Shown here: one piece after another, positions 42,669 through 56,479 of the stretch
Numbering within the stretch: the stretch's first letter is position 1
How the letters are laid out: every line of letters begins with the position of its first letter
NCBI GenBank assembly: GCA_951406725.2
Contig: OX597817.1
Location: forward strand, 102,362,001-102,426,000
DNA: 64,000 nucleotides
Reading direction: 5' to 3'
Origin: Octopus vulgaris
Taxonomy: Eukaryota
Notes under the pieces: model-generated
The model's input: only the letters and a program-made list of their open reading frames with translations
What the model was told of the DNA's origin: nothing
Databases searched by the model: none
Translations under genes and position numbers: made by a program

Positions 42669-43642
42669 CACACACACACACGAGCAAGCTAAGTAAGATT
42701 GTGAATAGAATAAAGTTTTGGACTCGTTTGGAGATGTTATAAGACCAGAAAATTCGATGATTTTTGATAGCGATAGCAGCATCACTAAGTGAGCGAAAGA
42801 CAGGGTACGGCAGGAATGTGGTGAGCCTTCTTCCGAGGTACGTCATGAGTTATATGTTTATTATAGGAAAATGTTGTATGTGAGTGGGGGTGGGCGGATG
42901 AGATTAACTGATAGTCGAATTGATACACAGCCCCACCTCATCTCTTTCTCTCTCTTTCAGCTCGCCTCTCAAGACATCGAGATGTTTACTTGAATATGAA
43001 ATAATGTGGGTGACTGGTAAGTGAATGAAATATCCTAGGTAGGATTATATGGAAGTTGATGGGGTGGCAGATCTCAGAATAATGTGGAGAATGTCGTCTG
43101 AACCACTTGTCTTTGTAGCGCTGAAACGAAACTGTCTGCGGGATTCTTAAGAATTGTTATTGAAAGATGGTGGTGGTGGTGGTGGTGGTGGTGGTGGTGG
43201 TGGTGGCTTCAGCGATGCTGGTGATAATAGTGGTACTCATGGTGGAGAAGGATGATAGCGGGGCCATTAGTTTAGTTGGTTTGTTGGCTGTTAAATGTCG
43301 CTTAGTGCAGAACTTGAAGAAACGTAAAAGAAGTGGAAGTATTGGTCTTGACGGGTGGTATCTGTTGAAGATAGCATTTGGTTGAGATTGGTGAAAGTTG
43401 TAAAGCAAAAAGTATTATTATTGGATGAGGATCCTTTAACTCTTAATATCTACGACTGACAGCGTCTACTATCACCCACTATCCCGCCACTTACCACCAC
43501 TGCAACCCACCACCACACATACCGCCGCCACCGCCAGCACCGCCGCCTCCACCACCACCACCATCACCACCACCACCACAACCACGTCGAAAATAATAAC
43601 TAGGTATAACTATTACTATTATTACTATCAAAGATTAACGCA

Positions 43643-43741
43643 GCGAGCTGGCAGTATCGTTAGAACGCTGGACGAAATGCTTAGCAGTATTTCGCCCGTC
43701 ACTACGTTCTGAGTTCAAATTTCGCCGAGGTAGACTTTGCA
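43643..43741 (+). mobile_element. Deu/Nin-type SINE head, truncated
   Basis: GCGAGCTGGCAG...GAGTTCAAATTTCGCCGAGG. Confidence 0.75.
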
Positions 43742-45455
43742 AGGAAAGTATGATGTTTGCTATACTAATGGTATGGCGGGAGCCCTATAATCACGGGGAC
43801 GACTACTATTTTTGTAACCTAAATTTGAAGGATATTAACCAGAAAAATCGACAAACGCTTGTCTATCCAAATCTTGCCTCTGCTATTAGACCGGTTCCAC
43901 ACAGTGAAGAGCTTCCTGTTCCTGTCTTCAATGTCTTGCTTCAGATAACTTTATCCTCAATCAAAGAAGGTTCATCACCTGAAGAGGACACTAGAGATCA
44001 AGACTTTTCAGCTGAGACTTTACCTCAGCTAATCTCCCAGGTAGAACTGAATGGTCAAGTTCGTGACTTGAACCCCACCCCCACCACCACCACCAAAAGT
44101 TCTGTAGAACTGTTGGCTTCCCAACCGAAAGAGAAGAATCTTCTTGAGAATGGTGTCCGTATAACCTTTTATCGGAGTCAGCATGAAGAGTTCCTTTCTT
44201 TCTTCCCAAATGAGGAAAGTTGGTTTGCTGCAGAGATGTCAGTGGGCTTCTTAATAAACTTGGCATTGAGGAATACAAGCCAGAAGAATGACGTCTTTTC
44301 ATAAACAACTCTAAGCGTAGTTTAAAATGTGTATGGTTGCGCAATGGAAATGTGTATGGCTCTGTCCCACTCGGCCACTCAAAAACTCTGAAGGAAAAAT
44401 ACGAAGAAATTAAGTTGGTTTTAGAGAAGATACTGTATCATGATCATATATAGGTCATCTGCGTTGACTTAAAGATGGTGAATTTTCTCATGGGGCAGCA
44501 ATATGGTTACACCAAATACCCATGCTTTCTTTGCACGTGGGACAGTAGGGACCTAGTAAACCACTATATTAAGAAAGATTGGCCGCCTCGAACAAATATA
44601 GTTCCATGTAGAGTTGCCAATATATTGGAAGAGCCTTTAGTTTAGCGAGTTAAGATCATTTACCCCCTTCACACATCAAACTCGGATTGATCAAGCAATT
44701 CGTCAAAGCTCTTGGCAAAAATGGGGAGTGCTTCAAGTATATCTGCAGCGTATCTCCAGACTTGACGACTGAAAAACTTAAAGCAGGGATCTTTGATGGC
44801 CCAAAGATCCGTAAGCTCTTGAAGGATACAAATTTCTGAAAACGATGAGCGAAAATGAAGCATCAGCTTGGCTAGTCTTTGCAGAAGTAGTGCAAAATTT
44901 CCTTGGGAAAGACGGAAGTGAAAACTATAAAGATTTTCTTACCAACTTGATATCAACTTTTCGTGATATTGGCATGAATATGAGCATCAAAATGCATTAT
45001 CCTTTTAGTCTTCTTGATCGTTTTCCTGAAAATCTTGGCGATGTTAGGCGAACGATCCCATCAGGACATCAAGGAGATAGAAATTCGGTACCAAGGATGT
45101 TGGGGCACTGTGATGATGGCAGACTATTGCTGGTGTTTAATCGAGATACTCCATTTGCTCAACATTCACGGTGCACAAAGAAACTTAAATTTATTCCTTG
45201 AATTTTCTGCCAAAAATCTTTGCCAATGTACATTTTCAATTTTGAATTTTTATTTGTACTTTGTTTTGTTTTGTGCTACACCCGCTTTGTTGATTCATAT
45301 TATATGCCTCTTGTATAAATAAAATACTTACTCTATCAGGTCTAATCAGAAAACTAGACCTGATAGAGAAAAACTGACGTAATTTTTTTAATCTAGTAGG
45401 CAAAATCACTTAAGAATTCCAGGCAACACACAAAAATGTTTTTTGTTACCCAGTG
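43742..45455 (+). mobile_element. Chapaev3-like (CMC) DNA transposon, 5' truncated, transposase pseudogene
   Basis: MVWREPYNHGDDYYFC..YPNLASAIRPVPH, CVDLKMV..QYGYTKYPCFLCTWDSR and PLHIKLGL. The right terminus is CAGTG followed by TAA. Confidence 0.75.
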
Positions 45456-45459
45456 TAAT

Positions 45460-46899
45460 AATCCTTTCTACTAAAGGCACAAGGCCTGAAATTTGGGGGA
45501 TAGTCGATTACATCGACCCCAGTACCCAAACGGTTCCGTTTTTTATCGACCTCGAAAGGAAGAAAGGAAATGTCAACCTCAGCGGAATTTGAACTCAGAA
45601 CGTAACGGCAGACGAAATACCTATATCTTTTTCTTTACTACCTACAGGGGGCTAAACACAGAGAGGACAAACGGATTAAGTCGATTACCTCGACCCCAGT
45701 GCATAACTGGTACTTAATTTATCAACCCCGAAAGGATGAAAGGCAAAGTCGACCTCGGCGGAATTTGAACTCAGAACGTAGCGGCAGACGAAATACGGCT
45801 ACGCATTTCGCCCGGCGTGGTAACATTTCTGCCAGCTCGCCGCTTTTAATAATAATAATCGTTTCTACTAAAACATGAGTTTTCAACCATCTTTTATCTA
45901 TGGACCCCTTTCGATAATTATTTTATTCTGGTGGACCGACCCCCATAGCTATTTAATGTTTAAAAACTAGTTTTATAGAAGCTTCGAAATTCCTATTTTG
46001 TTTTTTCACACATTAACTTGTGTAGGTTGAACTATGTCAAATGTTAAAGAAAGAAATTTAGCTGGGGGTTTTTTTGCAATACACACCAATGCATATATCT
46101 AAAGCAAAATTTCTTCAAGAACCGTTAAAAAACTATTGTGAATACCCGTGTTGACCTCGTCGGAATTTGAACTCCGAACGTTAAGATTGAATAAAAAACC
46201 GTTAGCCATTTCATCCAGTGTGCTAACGATTCTGTCAGCTCGCCGCCTTAATAATCTTTTCTACTATTGGCACAAGGCTTCAAATTTTGGGGAAAGGGAC
46301 CACTCGATTACCTCGACTCCAGTGCGTAACTGGCACTTAATTTATCGACCCCGAAAAGATGGAAGGCAAAGTCGACCTCGGCGGAATTTGAAGTCAGAAC
46401 GTAGCGACGGTGAAATACCACTAAGCATTTCGTCCCGCGCGCTAACGATTCTGCCAGCTCGTCGCCTTTAATAATAATAATAATCTTTTCTACTATAGGC
46501 AGAAGGCCTGAAATTTTGGGTGAGGGATTAAGTCGATTACATCGACCCCAGTACTCAACTAGTACTTAATTTATCAACCCCGAAATGATGAAAGGCAAAG
46601 TCGACCTCGGAGGAATTTCAACTCAGAATGTAAAGAGGGGTGAAATGCCGTTAAGCATTTTGCACGTCTAATAATAACAATAGTAGTAATAATCATAATA
46701 ATAATCCGTTTTGAAATTTTGGATGAGGGTACTAGTCGATTACATCGACCTCAGTACTCAACTAGTACTTAATTTATCGACCCCGAAAGAATGAAAGGCA
46801 AAGTCGACCTCGGCGGAATTTGAACTTAGTACGTAGCGACAGGCGAAATACTGCTAAGCATTTCGTCCAGCGTGCTAATAATTCTGCCAGCTCGCCGCC

Positions 46900-46900
<1 letters not shown>
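45460..46900 (-). mobile_element. Stack of about six co-oriented Deu/Nin-type SINEs
   Basis: GGCAAAGTCGACCTCGGCGGAATTTGAACTC-like motifs recur at about 45575, 45745, 46150, 46365, 46595 and 46797, mostly separated by (TAA)n. Confidence 0.85.
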
Positions 46901-46969
<69 letters not shown>

Positions 46970-47229
46970 TAATAATAATGTATTTTTATGTTATGGTCAG
47001 ATGACGATGAAGTGATGTTGACCCCTGCAAGATTCCGAAAGTAGAAGATGAAGGATGAGTGATGGATGGAATATGGGTTGCTGTAGAACAAAGAAGTGAC
47101 CCAAAGTATCTACTTAGATCCGAATACTTGCAAAGGAGACTTCACTGTAAACCACCTCCGAATGTAGGAGGGATGAGGTGAGAAATGATGGTACTAAACC
47201 GGATGACGGATTAGATTTGCAACTCAAGG

Positions 47230-47870
47230 ATTAACATGAGATTTGTGATGCATCAAACATTACTTCATAGAAAAAATATGCTTGTACATGTCATTTATAA
47301 ACTGGCTAAAAGATTAAGCTACAGGCACGCATTTTGGTTTTGAAAAGAGCAGGTAAAAAATTATCCTGATGATTGCAGTGGTTAGTAAATGAAAATTTTA
47401 AAACAACTTTACCTTATGCTTTTAGAATAACTCGTGACTTGAATTTCGGATTAAATGATTTATTTAGGATATTGTGTCTGGATTAAATTTTGAATGAAAG
47501 CAGTGAAAATTCTAACTGCCAACAACTTAAAGTAGAGTTGATTCATTGGAGAATAGACTTATCCATTCATGAACAAAATCCTCTGTTAACGTTTGTAAAA
47601 TCACGGGGCTTTTCATGCGAGGAAGGGAGATTATTATCGCTGTTCGATTACTTTCTGGTTCTCTGCAGTCTAATTACAATTGTTACGAAATCAGAAGCAA
47701 TTATCTTGTAAAACAATCCCTTTTGTATCAAACATTACTTCATAGACAAAATATGCTTGTACATGTTATTTTTAAACTGGCTGAAAGATAAGCTACAGGC
47801 CAGCATTTTAGTGCTGAAAAGAGCAGGTAAAAATTATCTTGATGATTGCAGTGGTTAGTAAATGAAAAAT
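47230..47870. repeat. Local direct duplication of about 165 bp
   Basis: ATCAAACATTACTTCATAGA...GGTTAGTAAATGAAAAT at about 47252-47397 and 47728-47869. Confidence 0.8.
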
Positions 47871-49189
47871 GAAATAAACTATGTATTTGAAGCAAGAAAT
47901 GTAAAATGTTCTTTGATTTTTATACAAAAATTTCCAATCACACGAAATGGATGATACAAAATTGAGATGTAGAGAAGATGAAAGTAGCATTTTTTGGTGG
48001 AAGAGTTGCTGATGGCGATGGTGCTAGTTTCAGTAGTACTAAAATGGTGTAGGCCTTAAGTTGGATAGACAAGTAGAGATATTTAAGTGGCGAAAGTAAC
48101 TCAAAGAATTCACAGTTTTATTGCTTAAGTAAACAAATCAACATGTGTACTCCAAAGCTGAGGGTGGAAATTATTACCTCGTTTCCGACGAAGGTGTTGT
48201 ATCAGTATTTCAATTAAAACTTTTTTTGAAGCAGCCAGCCATAAAAGAAAAACTGAGCAAACTGATCCACGTGATCTCTTAGGTTCTAATAGATTCTTAA
48301 AATACGTGACTAATGAGTAGACGGCAAAATCCAATAATGGTTACTTACACTTCGCGGTGTTTGTTGCTATTGCAGTCGCTATTCTTGTTGTTTTCTTCCA
48401 GTTGTTGGTGTTAATAGAGAAGATGAAAGACGTACAAGTGGTGATGCTTAAGATGTTATTCTTGTTATTATGGTTATTATTCTTGTAATTTCCCTTTTGA
48501 TTCTTTAACGTTCTAAGTTCGAATACCGTCGAGTTCAGGTTTACCTTTCATCTTCTCGGAGTCGACAAAATAAAACTCAAGCACCGGGTCGATAAAATAA
48601 AAGTTGAACATGGGGTCGAAATAAGCGACTGTTTCAACTCCAAATTTGAAGCAAGGTGTCTATATAAGAAACCATTGATGCTTTTGTGGTTATATTCTTT
48701 TTACTTTCAAATTAATATTGAAAGACAGCGTGATGTTTGACAAAACCGTTTTCTTATAGTATCAAATCTCAAATTTCTACTTCTTGAGTGCAAATCACTC
48801 TGGGGTTGATTTTCCACTTCACAGTGCTGATAAAATAACACCATACTGGAATCAATGAAATCGACCATGCTCCTGGTTCCATTCGTTCAAATTAACTGGT
48901 AAGTTGCTGTTTGATGTCTCGACCTACTATAAATGCCAGTTAAATTACCTCAAATTACTCCACACCATCTTAAAAGAGAAGCATAGTGTAGTAGTCATAG
49001 TGTAGTAGTCATAACAGGCATTCCACCCGTGACTATCGCATCATTTTTTTTCAGACGTACTGTATGTAGGACTTCATTTATCCAGTGTTTTTTTTTTTTA
49101 TATATTTTACGGTAGCGTGTGGTTTAAAGAGATTTGGTTGCTACTTCTAGAAGGCCGGTCGACCATATAGACAATACCCTAACGGTAAT

Positions 49190-49520
49190 GGTAAAAGGGT
49201 AAAGATGCCCTTCGGTCATGAATGAGCATGGGATTGCACCTAGAAAGTTCCCCTCCGAGGCACAAGTCTGGGCAAAGTTGTTTTATGGAAGACGAGCAGT
49301 CGCCCATGCATACCAGTCTCCTCTCTCCTCGCCACCGCTGTTATCCAAGAGAAAAGCAAATATTAATACAGTTTCTCATTTCTACAGCTGAGTGAACAGA
49401 AGAAACGTGAAATAAAGAGCCTTGCTCAAGAACACAACACAGAGTCCGATCTGGGAATCGAACTCACTACCTCATGATTGTAAGTCCGACGCTCTAACCA
49501 ATGAGCCATATACCTTCACA
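49190..49520 (-). mobile_element. tRNA-derived SINE (third family)
   Basis: The reverse complement reads TGGCTCATTGGTTAGAGCG...GAGTTCGATTCCC, then TGTGTTCTTGAGCAAG. Confidence 0.75.
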
Positions 49521-50779
49521 GTGATGGTAAAGGAGTTTCTATTGAAGTGGTATTATTGGTAGTGGTGGAATGATGTGAGGACGTCGTTGATGATGTCGAT
49601 GATGATCATGATAATGACTACGACGACGCGGACAACAGCGGCGGCGGCGGTGACATTGAAGTGGTGGAAGAGAAATAGATGAATGACATGGGAGATTATG
49701 ATTGACTTTAACGGCAAGGAGAAAACATTTACACCTCGACTTATTATATGTGTAATATACAAGCTATTCAGCCAACATTCTGAAGATATTCCCACACATA
49801 TATCAATGTAAAATCTAATATTACTGAGCAAGCTAAACTTATGAAAGCATACATACATACATACATACATACATACATACATACATACATACATACATAC
49901 ATACATACATACATACATACATACATACATACATACGCACGTACGTATGTATCTGTATGTACGACTTGAAAGACAGTCTTTTCAAAACAAATATATGAAA
50001 AGAGCCTTGCCAACTAGAACTGGATTATAGTAGATGAAACAGCAGGAAATTACCTAAAAGGTGCCCAGTCAAGGGCATAAAAATAACATATGAGACTATA
50101 AATCTCTTGATGTATGTGTCAGCAATCACACTCCTAGTTCATCAGCAGGAGCCGAACGAAGCTACGCAATCAAGATACAAGCAAACATTCTGAGTAAAGA
50201 TGGGTCCGTTACTTAAAATATATAATTTTATTTCTACGAAGAAGAGATTTACAGATTTCCGTAATTTGAAATGTAACATAAACAACACAACCACAAAAGA
50301 TATAGAAAAGTAATTCGGAAACACAAAATTAAAAATTTTAAAACACTAAACCACCTCAGTTAAATCAATAACTTATGGCCATTAGTGGCAGAGTAAATTA
50401 TAAATCGACTTATAATAAACACCAAATATTGAATAGATTGCTTGCCAAGGTTCAGATATTATCATAGGATAGTGGTTCAAGAATCTCATCTTTTATCGGC
50501 GAAATTTGATAGTATTGTATGGGAAGAACATCAGTGATATGTTAAATATACCTAAACGGCTGGCAACTAACATTACGCTCCCTATTTTTAAAAAATTCCA
50601 AACCATCCAAGCTAAAAATTATCTGCATGAACATTACGTATCAGATATACGTTGGTTGCCTGAATTTGTTATTATGGATAAAATATTCGCTAAGGGCCTT
50701 AATCTGTCCATTGTGCCACAAACAATATTACAAATATCGGCTTGTATAAACAGCTACTAGTTAACAAAATGATATAGTA

Positions 50780-51480
50780 AAAAACAGAAAAGGATTGCTG
50801 GAACTTGGCTGCAGGGAAGCTGGATTACCAGAAATTTTCGAGCAATACACATGGTTGGATTTTCAAAGTATTTTAATTATCCAACGTATCACTATTAGTA
50901 ACTGCTGTCCAACGCCTAACCAAAAACTAGACCACTTTATTTCTCAAAAGTGATAACTAACAAATCCAATTTGACATCATATGTGAAGTGGTATCATGTA
51001 AAATGGAAGCGAATCAGTACTGTTCTTAGTCTTCTCCTTGGAACTATTACCATAGCTGCTTAACAAACCTAATCTGCCTAGAAATGGATTCACTAAATTC
51101 AGAAGCGTCTCTCACATTTTCTTCGGAGACAAATTAGTATTAATGACATCAAAAGAGCAATTGGATTGCGTAACCCATTTAAATTGGAATGAAATTTGGT
51201 CAAGCAAAACGTGGTAAAATTCTGTCCTACTCAAGATTAAGTATAAATAGCTTAACAATACAATCTTTACTTTTGGCAGCCAAGTTCCAGCAGTCCTTTG
51301 GACAGAAGGAAAATGTCAGGTATGATGGACGGATCATTAATATGGAGAGTTCGAGAAATGAATATCTCAGAGAGGGTCAAGAAAATATGGTCATCGGAAT
51401 TCTGAAGCAACAACAATGTTGCTTATAACATTTCCACAATACAATACCCATTCTGACATCTTCATTTGACCTGTACTAGT
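50780..51480 (+). mobile_element. Decayed R4-like RT fragment
   Basis: MKFGQAKRG (compare M.FG.DKCA) and IPILTSSF (compare AIP.LTYSFG). Confidence 0.45.
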
Positions 51481-51607
51481 TGTTATAAGAACTTTCAACA
51501 TCGGGGGAAATGATTATACAGGGATTGGTAACAAGCTTTATAAAATAAAAACACCGAACTCATAGACGTCACAGATCTTTCCCTTTCTCCCCCCTCCCTC
51601 CCTCCTT

Positions 51608-51690
<83 letters not shown>

Positions 51691-51978
51691 AACAGTTGGA
51701 AGTTGATCCGGACCTTTTTCGAAGGTCATCTCTGGTGACGAAAGCTGGTGCTACGGAATTTGCAGATGTAGAAGAGGTGAAGATAAAAAACGACGGAGGC
51801 GTTAAAAGGCATCACTTCGCAAGAGTTCCACCATTGCTTCCACTAGTGTAAAAGGTGTCTGGACCGATGCATTGCTTCAAATGGAGAATAGTTTGAAGGC
51901 GATAAAAGTGTAAACATGTAAATCTTAGTGAATAAAATAACATTGCAAAGTTCCGGTTTCTTTTGGGCACCTTTGCGT
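51691..51978 (+). mobile_element. Internally deleted mariner 3' part
   Basis: KVISGDESWCYG joined to FADVEEVK...LDRCIASNGE.FEGD, followed by a TIR-like end. Confidence 0.75.
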
Positions 51979-52048
51979 ACATACCCACATACATACATAC
52001 ATACATACATACATAATACATACATACATACATACATACATACATACA

Positions 52049-52080
<32 letters not shown>

Positions 52081-52448
52081 CACTTACACAGACGAACATA
52101 CATAAATACATATTTACGTACATACAAACATATATGCATGTATATGCATATGTGTGTATTTGTGTGTTTGTGTGTGCGCGCGCGCGTGGCTGCACCACAA
52201 TTCACTGATCTATCTAGCTGATAAATGCGTTGTATATGTCACCTGATGCATCCAACTAACTCAAACCCTTAATAATTGCAAGTTTGTAAGCAGTGTCTCC
52301 TTGAACACGTAGTGTATATAAAGAAAGATACAATGTTTGCATCTGTTAATTACAACGACGTCTAAAATCTATAGATATATTTTGTAGTACATACAATGTA
52401 GCATTAATGCACACACACACACACACGTCTGTCTGTCTGTCTGTCTCT

Positions 52449-52514
<66 letters not shown>

Positions 52515-52727
52515 CCTTATAAAAAACAAAGGTTCTTTGTACGTTGAACCCTGAAAGCACTATATAAAATTGATAAAATTCGGGTTTCTTGTGTCGTTTA
52601 AATTAACTCGACCATTCCGCAGATAACTGTGCACTTATTTTCCGCGGGGGGGGAGGAGTTGGTGATGTATTGGTTCCTATTTCTAGCAATCCATATACTG
52701 CCTATTTCACCGTAACGTATATTTATT

Positions 52728-52759
<32 letters not shown>

Positions 52760-52892
52760 GGCAATGAAAACGTTTTGAACAACCTGAAAAACTTCATCGC
52801 CAAAACGAACAAGCATAGAAACATTTTTGGACGGATTCGAAACATTACCTTTCCATTACTGGATTGATCTGATTTGATTGATATACAAATAC

Positions 52893-52942
<50 letters not shown>

Positions 52943-52946
<4 letters not shown>

Positions 52947-53148
52947 CTGGCAGAATCGTTAGCATGCTGGGCGAAATACTTAGCGGCGTTTCGTCTATCT
53001 TTATGTTCTGATTACAAATTCCGCTGAGGTCGACTTTGCCATTCATCCTTTCGGTGTTGATAAATTAAGTGCCAGTTAAGTACTGAAGTTGATGTAATCG
53101 ATTTAATCTCTTCCCCCAAATTTCAAGCCCTGAGTCTATAATAGAAAG
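52943..53148 (+). mobile_element. Deu/Nin-type SINE
   Basis: GAGCTGGCAGAATCGTTAGC head, the domain, and tail ATAGAAAGG. Confidence 0.85.
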
Positions 53149-53149
53149 G

Positions 53150-53205
<56 letters not shown>

Positions 53206-53295
53206 CACCACCACTACTACTACCACCACCACCACCACCACCACCATCACTACTCCTCCTCCTCCTCCTCCTCCTACTACTACTACTACTACTAC

Positions 53296-53760
53296 TGAGT
53301 GAGAGAGCAGTGCATGCCCTCAAAATGACGCTATGGTAAAATTTACGAAGCCCAGTAGACCCATCATGACTACTCGTCTGATAACCAGTCACATGCATCA
53401 CAACCATATGTGCGCGACATGGCGATCTCACATCAAGATTAACAGCGCATGACCTTGCAGATGGAGCCCAGTTAGAATTTTCTTCAGGTCGAGTGACCAA
53501 TTACGCTCAAAAGGTCCCTGAATAGGGGTTGTTTAAGGATGTTGAATAAAGCACCCATGTTTCCAAAGGTGAATTATCCAAACCCTACAAAATTCCTCTC
53601 AACACATAGCTATGATGCTTCCCCACTACTTCTGCTCGTGATCAGGGATGCACATATCGTCAGCCACTAAGATACATGTTCAACTGGTTAAAGTCAAGCA
53701 ACTGGCAAACAAATCTGTGGCATTGAACAGAATATTTACTGTAGCCCATCTTTTAAACCA
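53296..53760 (-). mobile_element. Copy of the 18191-18735 repeat
   Basis: Reverse-complement homology over its whole length, with a (TAG)n tail. Confidence 0.75.
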
Positions 53761-54689
53761 TTATTATCATTATTGTTGTTGTTGGTGTTGTTATCACTGT
53801 ATTTATACCTGACTTTGTCTTGATATTAAGAATAAAAAAGTCGACCTTGTTTGTAAAAAGATTTAGACCGGGGTTTGCATCCCTTTAACAAATTTCGTTC
53901 CCGCACATATGATTTTACTCCCGTTAAACTCCAGACCCTCCCCATCTTGATATAAATGAAATACGGAGATGTCCTTTCATTCTAAATACAAAAATGTCGC
54001 AAAGACAACATTATGCATTGGTTTGTTTAATACATCACCCATTAAAACTTTTTTTTTAAATGTCTATAGTACACTGAATTACTTTATTGCGATTCAGCCA
54101 TAATAAGTACATCATTCGACCTATTTATTCAACACTTTGCTTATAACACATTCGCACACGTAGGTTCATAGAGTTTCTTTGACTTTTGAGATCAATGCAA
54201 ACTTGTGAATGTAATTTTGTTTATAGTCATGTTTAAACCTATTTAGTGACTCAGGTCTTATTCGCCGGTAGAATCCCTTTTGTATTTTCTTGTTTGTTTT
54301 AGCACATTCACAATAATATATGTATACGTACACACACAAGTTGGAATAGACAAGAACAATTCAAATACATTCAATTTAGTTTCACATTTGGCCGCTTACC
54401 TAAACAAATACGGTTTTTTTTTCTAATGATATACAAAAATAATATACACTTACATTAGTGTTGCACTTCCATATTTATATAAATATTTGCTTACTATTGA
54501 AATTTCAAATTGTTGTATCAACCACCTATTCGATTAAACTCCTTGCACCATCACCTTATTAGGATATGGAATTTAAAACTTATTCCAGAAATGTTTCGAA
54601 ACGATTTTCAACAATTCAAATATTTTTAAGGTAATAAATTTTGTGTATGCGCGGGCGGGTACGAGTGTGCACTTTTCAAAATTATCCAC

Positions 54690-54930
54690 AAGACAAAGTG
54701 AAAGAATGTGTAATTTTTAGATTGACACTGAAAGCCGAATTTTGCCTTTGAAGCTTCGAACTTTGGATCTTCTTCAGTCAGTTAGATGGATAGAGTTTAT
54801 GGAAAGGAAAGAAAATGTGAGTATCGGAGAAATGTGTCGTACTGTATCATATTATGTTGAAAATGGAATGTCTGAAAGTGACAGAGGAGGAATGAGATTT
54901 CAAACGTACAAGTAATTACATACATTATGA
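54690..54930 (-). mobile_element. Penelope-like tail with a degenerate hammerhead
   Basis: The reverse complement reads CTGAAGAAGATCCAAAGTTCGAAGCTTC, downstream of a pyrimidine-rich tract. Confidence 0.4.
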
Positions 54931-54945
54931 ATGTGTGCGTTTATC

Positions 54946-55007
<62 letters not shown>

Positions 55008-55044
55008 TACACACGCATACATATATTTGTGTGTGTGTGTATCT

Positions 55045-55468
55045 TATTTCTTTATTGCCCACAAGGGGCTAAACATAGAGGGGACAAATAAGGACAGACA
55101 AAGGGATTAAGTCGATTATATCGACTCCAGTGCGTAACTGGTACTTAATTTATCGACCCTGAAAGGATGAAAGGCAAAGTCGACCTCGGCGGAATTTGAC
55201 CTCAGAACGTAATGGCAGACGAAATACCTATTTCTTTACTACCCACAAGGGATTATGCTTATATAGATTATGGGGACAAACAAGGACAGACAAACGGATT
55301 AAGTCGATTACATCGACCTCAGTGCATAACTGGTACTTATTTAATCGACCCCGAAAGGATGAAAGGCAAAGTCGACCTCGGTGGAATTTGAACTCAGAAT
55401 GTAACGGCAGGCGAAATACCGCTAAGCATTTCGCCCGGCGTGCTAACGTTTCCCCCAGCTTGCCGCCT
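55045..55468 (-). mobile_element. Dimeric Deu/Nin-type SINE
   Basis: A full monomer plus a headless monomer, with junction GACGAAATACCTATTTCTTTACTAC. Confidence 0.85.
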
Positions 55469-55485
55469 TGTGTGTGTGTGTGTGT

Positions 55486-55700
55486 ATAGCTGACACTGTC
55501 GGTAACGACGACAAGTTTTCCAGTTGATCCAATCAATGGAACAGCCTGCTCGTGAAATTAACGTGCAAGTGGCTGAGTGTAACCTTAACGTAGTTCTCAG
55601 GGAGATCCACCATGACACAAAATGCGAAATACAGAAAAATTTTTGCTAGCTGAGTGGATTGGAGAAATATAAACTAAAGTGTTCTGCTCAAGGACAAAAT
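55486..55700 (-). mobile_element. SINE 3' fragment
   Basis: GCTGAGTGGATTGGAG...TGCTCAAGGACA resembles 49385-49435. Confidence 0.55.
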
Positions 55701-56479
55701 GTACCCCTGGCTATAGAAGATCGCTACGTTAATGTAAGTTCCGATTTCTGTTAGGGTTTTACATTTTAATTTACAAATGATATTTGTTTTTTGCTTGTTC
55801 TAATTTGATTAAGTCGATCACATCAGCATCGTTGCTTACTTCAAGTCGGCACTTATTTAAACCAACTCTGCCGAACCGCTAAGTTATGAGACAAAAAGAA
55901 ACACAACGCAAATGTGAATGCAAAGACAAACAAACAGACACACACATGTACCTGTATGACGCGCTTCGGCACAGTTTCCTTCCGTTTACTAAATGAAATA
56001 CGGATCAGAAGATACTGATCAGACTGATGACGCTAAGGGAATTTCTTAATCACACGGTTCTTTAGCTCTTTTAATTTCTTTAACTGTTTAATTTGCTTTA
56101 GCCACCAGAGTCAAGACCAGGCTGAGCACTTCTATCCTTTTATCGTTTACTTGTTTCAGACATCGAACAGCAGCCGTTCAGGGTAACCGTCACGGCAGGT
56201 TTAAGTGAATCATAAATCGATCTCAGTTCTTATTTTTCAAGAAAGTTGGTAGTTATTCTATCAGTCTCTTTTGACGAACTGTTATGGGAACGTAAACAAA
56301 CGAACAGCAGTGGGGAAGCAAAACACAAAGACCTACACACAACGAGTTTCCGCACAGTTTCCGCCTACCAAATTAACTCAATTTGGTTATAGTATAGTGC
56401 ACTGCGCAGTGGGACGGAACCCAAAACCACGTGGTTGCAAAGTGGGTTTCGTATTCTCTATATTCATACATTATTTTGA

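Noticed and set aside
50600-50760. Penelope N-terminal KGLN motif (KGLNLSIVP)
   Set aside because: A single short motif with no supporting RT sequence is insufficient.
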